Assembly (NCBI GenBank): GCA_024137785.1
Contig: JAHRHZ010000166.1
Span: forward strand, 885,367-949,366
Source: Ginglymostoma cirratum
Lineage: Eukaryota
Direction: 5' to 3'
DNA: 64,000 nucleotides
Every line of letters begins with the position of its first letter. The first letter of the stretch is position 1. Shown one piece after another: positions 1 to 11,395 of the stretch. Under the pieces are notes generated by a model, which worked only from the letters and a program-made list of their open reading frames with translations, searched no databases and had not been told where the DNA came from. The position numbers were made by a program, and so were the translations under genes.

Positions 1-165
1 TCTATCACTGGCAACCACCTGGAAACCAATATCTATTTCAAGACTAACCACTCCCACATCTACCTCGAATACACCTCGTCTCACTGAACTTCCTGCAACA
101 ATGCCATCCCCCCTTCCCAATTGCTTCGCCTCTGCCGCATCTGCTCCCGAGATGAGGCACACCAA
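1..165 (+). mobile_element. Penelope-like element RT fragment
   Basis: Translates to TNIYFKTNHSHIYLEYTSSH...NAIP...QLLRLCRICSRDE, typical of the PLE RT C-terminal region. Confidence 0.7.
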
Positions 166-569
166 ATTACTTCCAACATATTACATACTCGGCAATCTAC
201 ATAGCTCTATGATCACACATTTCTATGCAATTCTTCCACATGTGACAACACAGGTTTCCAACAATGCATGCCTGCTAGTCACCTCAGCTACCGCTGAGTT
301 CCAATTCTAATGTCTCCTTGAAGAGGAATTTTCTCTGGAATTTGAATCAGATTGATTATATAGAACTCACATGCTCTTTTCGACGCAGGTCTCCCTGGAA
401 TGTAGCAACATGCTTTCTACATAATTTTTTTACATCATTTCGTAATATTAAATGCACTGATCAAAGCTCACATTAGGCTATCTATACCAAAGAAAAGGAA
501 CCACAAACTATTGATTTATTTTTTCTTATTTATAGAATCGCTCAGTGGGCAGCTATTTAAGCAGATAGA

Positions 570-2215
570 CTCATAGAATTATACAGACATGCGGCATTGA
601 AATAGGCCCTTCAGCCCAAGTTTTACGTGCTGATCAGGTTTCCTTAAAATGAACTAATCCCATTTTCTGTGTTTGGTCCATATCGATCTAAACATTTCCT
701 CTCTGTGTGCGTGTCCACATGTTTTAAATAGCATAATTACATCTGCCTCGAAAACTTCATCTGGCAGCTCGTTCCATATAAGCACCACTCTCTGTGTGAG
801 GAGAAAACGTCCCACAATTATCTTTTATGTTTCCCCTTTCACCTTAAATCTATGCCCACCAATTTTGGACCCCGCTATACTCCGGAGAAAAGATTGACTA
901 TTTACCTTATCTATGCACCTCATGATTTTATTGATTTTTGTATGGTCATCCTTCAGCTTCCTACCCTCCACCAAAAAGAAATGTCGTAGCCTATCCAACA
1001 TCTCCTTATAACTCCAGCCTTCCAGTTTTGGTAACATCTTGTTCATCATTGTTGTTACATTTGAATAATATTCCTTCTATAGCAGAGCACCTAGAATTGT
1101 AAACAGTAGTCCGAATGTGGCCTTACCAATGTATGGACCAGACCAAACCCCATCAAAGTGCACGAAAAAATTTTTAAAGGCAAGCAGCAGGCCTAAGTAA
1201 AAAAAAAAATCCCAATGTCTTACAAGCTGTTCACTTTATTTGATTCAAATAGACAATTCGCACCTCTGTCATAAAAAGCTCTTCAAAGAAAGAAGTCGAG
1301 TACAACTTATATCTCTTAAAGCCATAGTATTGTCACATCAATGTATTTTACAGCTGTATTATGATGTACCAGTTCCTTTCCTCAATGCTGTAACAGATGC
1401 ATGCATGCTTGTTAAAAAACCTTCTTCGCCACCCTGTCCATCTGTGATCTCACTTTCAAGGAATTCTGTATTTGTATAAATAAGGTGTAGAGCTGGATGA
1501 ACACAGCAGGGCAAGCAAGGCCAAGATGCTGCTTGGCCTGCTGTGTTCATCCAGCTATACACCTTGTTATCTCAGATTCTCCAGTACCGGCAGTTCCTAC
1601 TATCTCTGTATTTGCTTCCCTAGTTCTCCGTGTTCGACAACAGTCTGCAGGGTCTGATCATTAACTGGGTAGGCATTTGTCCTTGTTTGCCTTATCAAAA
1701 TGCAACAGCTCGCTTTTATTTGATTTAAACTCCATGTGCTATTACTTCGCTCGCAGACTTTTTGATCAAGATGCAGGTGTACTACTGGATAATTTTCTTC
1801 ACTGTCCACTATAGCGCCAATTTTTCTGACATCCACAATTTTACTAAGAATATCGAGTATATCTGCATTCAAATCATTCACATAAATGATGAACAACAGT
1901 TGACCCAGCACTGATCCTTTTGGCATGCTGCTGGTCACAACCCTCCACTCTGAAAACCAGCACTGCACTAGCACCCTCTGTTTCCTTCTATCAAACCAAT
2001 TTTGTATCCAACTGTTCTCGCTCCACCTGAACTCCATGTTAGCTAACCTTCCTAACCAATCTACCATGTTCTGCTTTATCGAAGACCTTGCTAAAGTCCA
2101 TATGGACAACGTCTACTGCATTACCCTTGCCTATCTTCTTCATTATTTCTTCAAAAAATGCCATCAAATTTGTGAGACACGATTTCCTCTGCAGAAAACC
2201 ACAATGATTATCCCT
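570..2215 (-). mobile_element. CR1 LINE 3' half (degenerate, interrupted)
   Basis: ORF 1600-2109 (VTSSMPKGSVLGQLLFIIYVNDL) and ORF 825-1049 are CR1 RT and C-terminal sequence. Confidence 0.85.
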
Positions 2216-2254
2216 ATTCGTTCCCTAATTACACTTTTGTCCTTAACATACAGT

Positions 2255-3335
2255 TGAACTTTAAAGTTTTGGCAACGAAGCAGTCATGCAAAGACTAGAA
2301 CAAACTACCCTCCCTCACATTCAACCTAAACTGTGTATCCAGTAGACGACGAATTTGTCATTATTAAACGCAACAAATTAGAAGCGACCCATTACCTCAT
2401 CTACAGCGTATTCACAGGGATCAAATTCAGTAGGGAAGCAGAAAACAACAAATAATTTACGTTTCTGTATGTCAGAGTAGAACGGGATGTCAGATTGACA
2501 AACGGGATGTTCCAAACCTCAGTATACAGGGAAAAAAAACAAACTTTCGGATCAAATACTCAAAATCCACAGCAACCACCCCAACCCCCATAGACGAAAC
2601 AGCATTAGGACACTACTCAAACGAGCCAGGACATACTGCAACGCTCCAGAACTATGCCGGGAAGAGGAAGAACACTCATGCAAGATCCTTAATTTAAACG
2701 GATATCCCCACAACTTCATCCATAGATGCCTACAAAACAGACAATATCAGGAGGACTCAGTACGACCTAACACACTGGCCACACTGCCCTAAATCAAGAA
2801 CACATCGGAACTGACAAGACTCCTAAGACCACTAGGAATCATGGTGTTCCACAAGCTCACAACCATTCTACAACAACGTGGTTTACAAAATACCATGCAA
2901 CGATTGCTAAAAACATTACATCGGACAGACAGGAATGAAACTAGCCATCAGAAAACATGAACATCAGCTAGCAGCAAGACAGCGCAACAAACTCCCTTTA
3001 ATGTTGGCGCATTCAGACAATGACGGCCAACAATTTAACTGGGACAAAGTTAACAGAGTGGCCCAAGCCAATATAAACACGCACGGGGATTCCGGGTGGC
3101 GTGGCTCTCCGTCCATACTTCAATCAACAAACATATAGAATTGCACCCCATATACAAACCCGTACAGATCAAAACCGGAAATGACAGTACGCACCACAAC
3201 AGACCAGACAGTAAAAATTCCAAGCGGAGTAGAATAACATCGCTTCATTGGCAGCACCACTGATGATATCACCTAGCATGGTGACGAAACGTCTGAACAT
3301 AAACAAGCCAGTTCGGTGACTAAGTCAATAACCTC
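2255..3335 (+). mobile_element. Penelope-like element (RT remnant plus GIY-YIG), 5'-truncated
   Basis: VDDEFVIIKR...IKFSRE RT remnant; NVVYKIPCNDC..YIGQTGMKLAIRKHEH GIY-YIG motif; hammerhead-like core at 3260-3293. Confidence 0.85.
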
Positions 3336-5738
3336 TTACTGTAGAACTTCTTTGGATTCTCCTTTAACTTATCTGACCAAGCTATCTAATATTCTTCACT
3401 TTTTACCTTCTGATTTCCCACTTAAGTGTACTAAATATACCCCGTAAAATCTTTAACCCCGTAAAGGGATTAATTTGTCCCCAGCTACCAATACCTTATT
3501 TTTCTTGACCAAAACACCAATATCTCCTGTCATCCAGTATTCCCGACTCCTTCCAGCCTTGCCTTTCAGACCAGCAGGAACATGCTGGCCTTGTTGTCTC
3601 AATTTTCAATGTCGCCACTTGCCAGACATCTCTTTACCTGCGAACAGCCCTCCCCTAATCAACTTTTGAAAGTTCCTGTCGAATACAATTAAAGTTCATC
3701 TTTCTCCAATTTAGAATTTCAACTGCTGATTTAATTGATGAAGTTCATGTGTTGTGAAAATGTGTTGATCTTTATCCTCACTTACAACAATGCACGTCAG
3801 TTCCATAATTCTGCACTGCCATTTGTTCAAAACGGCACACCAATTGTTTTCAGATTATAGTTATATTTATTTAGAACAACAAACCCATGACATTACAAGT
3901 TATGCTTGACTCAACTTGTAAATGTTTATTTGAATTATTGTAAAAATTATTTGCATTGCATATTTTTTCAGTGAGTTTTTGAAGTCACACAATCATATCT
4001 AAATAGTAAAGAGAATAGGAACATTATGATATCGAATGATCTTTTAAAATATCTTCATTTGTGGGAAGATGCTGGGAATACTGGAATTTGTCACCCATTC
4101 ATAACTGTCCTGGAGAATTTTCCACTGTATCGGTACCATCTACTGTGCATATGTTGTCACTAAAACACTGTTATGTGATGGTTAAGGGTCAATTTAGTGA
4201 TACTTCTGAATGACAGTTGAGTACTTCAGAAGGAATCATTTGACTTATTTAAAACTAGTTAGTTCAACTTGCATTTTGGGCATATTATTCAAATGAATTC
4301 TTGAGGACTGCTTAAAACTTCATTTTAGGAATGTTGGAATAATCTGGAAAAATATACATCAATTTGTGAACGACTCACTCTTGCTTAACTTAACGAAATG
4401 TTATGAGGAAGTGAAAACTTGCTATAAGGCTTTTTCTTGAGATGTCGTCTGTGTGATTTTAACTGTAACTCGTGAACGGTTCCAACTGGGACACAGATCG
4501 TTGACGAAGATTCAGTTGAAGAGGCTGTTGAAATTAGGATCTGAAATTTTCTTATTTTCAAAAAGAAATCACCATTGCAAATTAAATTGCCTCATGTTTA
4601 ATGTCAATGGGGTCCTCAGGGTTAAAGATTCATTAATTGCTTTTAGAAATATTTGTTACTTTCTCTAGATTCAATTAAGAGGGAATAAGAATGTACTTTG
4701 AAGCTATAATAGGAATGAACCCTGACATTGAAAATTTGTGTAATGACATAGAGCAGAACTTATTCATTGCCTGTATGATAGAAATTGAAAAGTTTGCATA
4801 AATCCAGAAATGGTGCACACTATTCTGGGTAGTGAATCTGGGTGGGTAAATACAGTATAGAAGAAAATTGAAGGATGTGCAGCAACAGAGGTGGGCATGG
4901 ATCACAACAGACATTTGGTAGCAGTCTGTCAGCTTGATAAAGTGATTAAAACGCCAGATTACACAGTCAAATATTAAGTGACGTATAAAATTAAAAACCA
5001 AACGTCCTATTATCAATAACAATCATGCGGTCGCTTCATGCTTGTGTATAGCACTAGTCATCCAAAGGATAAATTGAGTTTGGAGTGTTGAACACGTATA
5101 AGGGTGACTGAGAAGGCATACTAATTCACAATAGTTTCGAATATCATTCGTGTCCAGAAGGGAAATGGATTCAAGGCCAGATGAGATTTTTTTCACTGAT
5201 GGAGAAAGCGGGGTGGTGTGCAGGGATCGGAAGAAAGTTAGTTTTCTCTTTTCCTTCTCTTATATTACAAGGAAAGGAAGTCAGTTGTTGTAGGTATGGT
5301 GCAGAGAAACCATCCGTTGTTGCAGGTAGAAATGGAAAACATACATACCATGAAGAAACATTTTATGGTTTGGGTTTGTATGTCTTTGGAGAACAAAAGA
5401 TGAAGAGGTACTTAATTGCCATTCATGCAATTGTGCTGTGTTGTGATGTGGTAAATTTGATCAACATATTCAACATACCAGTGAGGTTGAGACAGTAAGT
5501 TTAAACTTAAAAATAGGTTGAATGATTCGGCTGGTGCAACAGTAAAGAATTTTATCCGATGATGGTCAGGACCTGGACCTCAATTCCTGAAACGCTTATG
5601 GAGGCATATAAATTAATGAGTGACATCTTTAATAAAAGTATCACGTAAGATGACAGATCCAGCACAGGGATTTTTCCAATGGCTTGGCTACATACTGCTC
5701 ATGCACGTATATATCTAAATACTTCCTTCTCTATTCCA

Positions 5739-5783
5739 TCAGGACGTCGGATCTTCAATAAATGTCAAGTGAGCGTAGACAGT
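5739..5783 (-). CDS. Terminal cytoplasmic exon with TVYAHL motif, copy 1
   Basis: attttcttccttAG acceptor; phase 0; TVYAHLTFIEDPTS*. Copy 2 has TVYAHLTFTTKATF* with the same length and stop position at 48671-48627. Confidence 0.85.
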   Translation of the reverse strand, partial: TVYAHLTFIEDPTS

Positions 5784-8700
5784 CTAAGGAAGAAAATGGA
5801 CAGCATTGTGATTTTAGAATCTTCAGGGTAGTATTTGTGCAATTGGTTCTAACCAACTAATCAATCAGATCATACCCAATATGTATAGCTGTATGTATAC
5901 AACTATTTCCAATGGAAAGACGACATTATAAAAATGGAAGTGAGGTGCTTCCTGATTTCCTCCCATAAAAGTGTGTAGTGTTGTTCATAAAATCATAGAA
6001 TTACGCAGTACAAGAAATGGCCTTTAAGCTCATCAAATCTGTACCATCAAAACTCCACCAGTTCTTCTTTAGTCACTTTTGGCCCACATGCTTGGATATG
6101 ATTATGTTCAAAGTGTTCCAAGTATTTTTAATGCTTATACGTTTACCTGCCTCAGCATCCATCACCACCTCCAGCCCCCACCACAGACAGAGCAGTCCTT
6201 AACGCCAGTGCTCTTTGGGTGTTGTTTACACCCCTCCTTAAATCCATTCTAAATTCCCTGCCTTTCACATTAAAGTGCACCGTTTTTCATTTGATCCTTC
6301 AACTCAGGAGAATGTCTGCCTTCTATCCATCTTGCCTCTACCCGCCATAATCAGGGATATCTCTGTCAGCTCTACCCTCAAATCATGTGCTGCAAACAGC
6401 AACAATAACAAAAATCCTGTGTCCCTTTATAGCTAAATTTTTAAATCCAGGGAACATCCTGGAGAATCCCAACTGCACTTCCTCACATCCTTTCAAAAAC
6501 CAGAACACAATGCCCCAGCTGTGCCCTAAACAAGGTTCAGCACAGCTGCAAAAATATGCCTGCTCTTTTAATGCATGCCATGATGATAATTGTAAGTGTC
6601 TTTATGAGTTCATAACTGCAGTAGTAACCTATCATGCTACATTAGGGATCAGTGGCGAAGCACCCCTACATCTTTCTGTTCATCTAAGCTTCAGCATGTG
6701 ATTCATTGAGTACTCATTCAATGAGTACTCCCTTGTTCTGTTACTCCTTCCAAAGTATATCAGCTCACATTTATCAGGGTTAAATTCCAGCTGCCACTGA
6801 TCTACTGTTCTGACCAATCCATTCACATCCTCCTGTAACCTTACTGATTCTTCCTCACTGTCAACCACCTGGCCAATTTTTGTTTATGAAGTTATTTTTA
6901 GGTTCCGCAATCACTAAGGCTTCTCATTTATATCGTTTATATATATACACATCACAAACAAGAAGGGACACAGACTGATTGCTGTGTCATACGATTGAGC
7001 ACGGAAATTCAGTCACACTAACAACATTCTATCACCAGTCTATGTCTCTTCTTTTGGATCTAATTTATAAATTATCCTGGGTTACATGTAATTTAAACCT
7101 ATTTGTCAGTCACATCAGCTCCAGAATGTAGAATGCCTACAGTGTGGAAGCAGACTATCCTGTTCATCGAGTATACACCACTGCTCCAAAGAGCATCGTA
7201 CCCAAAACTACCCCTCTCCTTATCCCTGTATTGCTGCATTTTCCATGGCTAATCCACATAACCTAACGGTTTCTTGACACCATAGGTACATTAGCACGGC
7301 CAATCCACCGTAACCTGCGCATTTTTAGACTGTGAATGGAAACTAGAGCACCCAGGAGGAAACCCACGCAGACGCAGGGAGAATGTGTAGGTGCAGTGCT
7401 AACCAATGAGCCACCGTGTCACCCTAACGTTTGTGACCGAGTTTCACAGTGCTGTATCCTTGGCCCAACTGACTTCAACTTCTTCATCAATGACTTTATG
7501 CCCATCATGAAGTCAGAAGTCAGAATATTTGATGATGTCATAACAAGGTTCCACAATATTTGTGACTCCTCAGATACTGATGTTGTCCATGACATGTAGC
7601 AAATCTCGGATAATATCTATGCTTGGGTGCAAAATTGACAAGTAACAATCATGCCACAATTTTCTGGCATTAATCATCTGCAGAAAGGAAAAAAAAAATC
7701 TCTTCGAGATTCATGCCTTCACTATCTCTGAACACCCACTATCATCATCCTGGGGATTTCAAATGACAAGAAAATGACCTGGACTTCTTATGTATTTACT
7801 GTGGCTGAAAGATTCAACCATAAACCAGGCATTTTACATTCTGTAATTCGCGTCCTACTGAGCAAAGCCAGTGCATTATCTATGAGGCACAATTCAGGAA
7901 TGCGATGGAATACTCCAGATGTGCTGAAATGGGTAATGTTCCAACAATGCATAAATAACTCGTCACCATCCTGCCAAATCATCCCACATCATAGGCACCA
8001 GAACCACATGCAAACAGTTTCTCCGAAAGAAAGAAGAATGTAAGACCATAAGAAATGGGAATATGTGTAGGCCATTCAGATGCTGGAATGTGCGCCCCAG
8101 TCAATAGGATTTTGGCAGAACAGACATTCCTGATATTCATAACAAGGTGTAGAGTTGGATGAACGCAACAGGCCAAGCAGCATCAGAGGAGTTGGAAAGC
8201 TAACATTTCAGGTCTGGACCCTTCTTCACCTTGTTATCTCAGATTCTCCAGCATTCCATTGGCAGTTCCTAATATCTCTGATAAACATATTTCCGTGTTT
8301 TCAATAACCTTGAATTTCCTGTCTGATTAAGAATTTATCTTTCTAAGCCTTAAACATGCACACAGACTCTTTATCCACAGATTTATGTGGCAAAGTGTTC
8401 CAAATTATCATACCACAGGAAAAAAAAACAAAATTTTTCTTCATTTAGTTCTGAAATGGGCAACCCATGTTCTGAGACTATCTTCTTTGCTCCTATACGC
8501 TTCCTTGAGCTCAGCGTTCTTCTCAATATTTACCATATCAAGCTTTCAATTCTGTATCTCACTGCTCAGTAACAATAGTGTGTTCTATCAACAAAGAAGG
8601 GTTACAACAAAAAAATCACCAAAGCACTTCATGCTGCATCTTCCAAATGCATAACTGCTACTGTCTAGAAGGAAATGGGTAGCAGAAACATGGAAACGCT

Positions 8701-11364
8701 GTTACTTGCTATTTCGCCTTCATGTCACTAATCATTCATACGTGGAAATATATCACTGTATCTTCAGTGTTGCTAGTTAGAATTTGTGAACTTTCTCCCT
8801 AACGATCTGTAGGTTTCTCTCAACGACGTGGGCTTCAGCAGAGTTAACTTTCTTTCTCCTTCTCGTTTACTTTTTGCTTTAGCTGTTTTCCTTTTATTTT
8901 CCTTTCCCACTTTTATCTTCATTTTCTTTTTTTATAAATCTGGATAATGGCAGATGAATGCGACGATTTTGTTTGCAGTCGCAGCGGCAACAACAGAAGG
9001 ACAAACCAATCATGGCTCCACCCCAGACTGATATCTCCCACCAAGAGAGGATCAGGTTACAGGCTGACTTCTCCAGCCCCAACTCACAAGCTAGATCAAG
9101 GGTGCAGGTCCGCAGGTAGGCCTAGGTGCCTGAAGGAGAAGTGGTGATCTCAGCACAGTACGGCAGTCTGCTGGAGTAACAGCCTTGGTCCAGCATGGCG
9201 GTCTTGTCCTGGCATGGAGGTATCATCCCCTTATGGAGGTGGTCTTGATCTTTGATTTCCAGTTATTCAAATTGCCTGGCAGATAGTCTCATCCAGGAGT
9301 AGGCGTCTCATACAGGAGTGGCAGTCAAGGTCCTACAGTCTTCTTTGGCAGAGGTTTCTGGCTTAGTACTCCAGCAGCTTAGTGTACTGTTCTTGTGCCA
9401 GAATGGTGGTCTCACCAACGCTACGACTTCAGGATATTCCATCATTCCTTAATTAGTTTTTGGCCAGCCCAGGAACTGTTAACTACACTGTAGTGAACTT
9501 TGTCTAATTTTACATTTTTCTTACTATGTATGCCTTCTGTCACTGATGAAGGTTCCGCGTTGTGGACACTTGCAAAAAAATTTGACATATTTTTTCGTAT
9601 AAAAGTACATGTGGCAATAAATTTCTATTTCATTCTCTTATATGCTGAATGCTGACACAGCCAGCGATGCCCACATCACTTGAATGAATTGAAAAAGAAG
9701 TGATGGTTAAAAGAAAAGGCTCTTTTTTACTATTCACTTTTAATGCACCGTGAGGTTGCTGTAGTCCAAAACATTAAAACGTTCATTGAAATAAGCCAGA
9801 GAAAAAAAATCATGCACTTCCAGGAGAGGTGTCGTGTGGGAGGGTTGCGTCCTGGTGATATTATCAGTGGGCTGTTACTCTGCAAACCGAAGTAATGTCC
9901 TGACTGAGTTCAAATCTACCACGGTATAATGTTTAACGTGAATCCAACAAAAATATGGAATAAAGAGTCTAATGATGACCAAACATCAATTTCCATTTGT
10001 TCGGAAACACCCTTTGCTTCAAGAAGTGAAGTGGAAGACATGCACTTGTCTGTATCAATGTTGTTGAGGTGGAAGTGATAGACAGCTTCAAATTCCTGGA
10101 AATAAACCTCACCAGGAATCTATTCTGGTCCATTCACATCACTCCAGTCAAGAAAGCACGCCAGAAGGCTAAGGAAATTCAGCATGTCAACAATGACATC
10201 TATTAATTTGAATAAATGCACCATTGAGAGCATTCTATCCAGATCTTTCACAGCTTGACATGGCAACTGCTTCGTCTAAGAACGCAAGAAACTACATCAA
10301 GTTGTGAACACAGGCAGGCCATCACTAAAACAATCCTTCCTTCCATTGACTCCGTTTCCTCGAGAAAATAGCTAACATACTCAAACAGCCCTCCAACCCC
10401 CGGTTTCACTCTCGTACATACGCTTCCATGGACAGAATATGCAAAAGTTTGGAAACATGTGCCAACAGACTTAACAAACCTTCTTTAACTCTTTTATCCG
10501 ACTTAAGAACGGACTTCTCAAATCTTAGAGTTGATCTGTCTCTGCACCTTCTCTGTAGCTGGAAAACTATATTCTGAGTCCTGTTCTATTATGCTCCTGC
10601 ACTTGTGCAAGGTACGATTTGTCTGGTGAGCACTCAAAAACATAACAAATCACTCTATCTCAGTACAAGAGAAAATAATAAATCAAATTAAATCAAGTGA
10701 TAATGCCCTTTAGGGAAGAAAACTGTCATATATAACTGACCCAGCCTACTTGTGTATCCCAACCTATGGCAATGTGATTGACACTTAACTGCCCTCTGGT
10801 TAATATACGCTGACTGAGCCCACGTCTCATTCATTCTGTGATTGAGTAATAATAATAATAATAAAAAGAACATGAGAAATAAATACGTTAAGCACTTACC
10901 TCCTGTGTTTGCCCACGTGGTCGCACATCAGTTTTCCAGTTTCCTGATACAAAGACAAAGTTAATCGGTCATAAACTATCATCTCCATCACGTTAACTGA
11001 GATGCAGCACTTGCACAGCACAATAATGCAAAGACAGAGATATAGATCCCAATGGATTTCCATCACGAAAAACATTCCATACCTGAATGCCGATTCCTGA
11101 ATCCCCATCCTGTTCTAATAGTCAGTACAAGAAGGAGGAAGATTATCACTAACAAACTCCCGTAAATCTTGAAAAGGCAAACAGGATGTAGTGCTTCTGA
11201 AGAAAAAAAAAGAGATTACTTAAAAATATATAATCTGCATCAATTTCCAATCATAGAAAACTAATAGAAACACACCAAAACCAACAAACATATTTGGGGA
11301 TGGGGAGTAATTTGGTAGCCCTGTGGAAATAAAACAAGTAGAATGATGGAAAGCACTCACATGA

Positions 11365-11395
<31 letters not shown>

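Noticed and set aside
5743-5768. Apparent plus-strand 26-nt exon (ccatcAG...GTGAGC), also present in copy 2
   Set aside because: Conservation is concentrated on the minus-strand TVYAHL codons and acceptor, and no other plus-strand exons were found.
10688-10835. Tyrosine-rich ORF (NETWAQSAY...LYMTV) as the cytoplasmic tail exon
   Set aside because: Out of phase with CYT1 (it gives NE*), absent from copy 2, and it is the antisense of a SINE-like repeat also seen at about 48060-48245.
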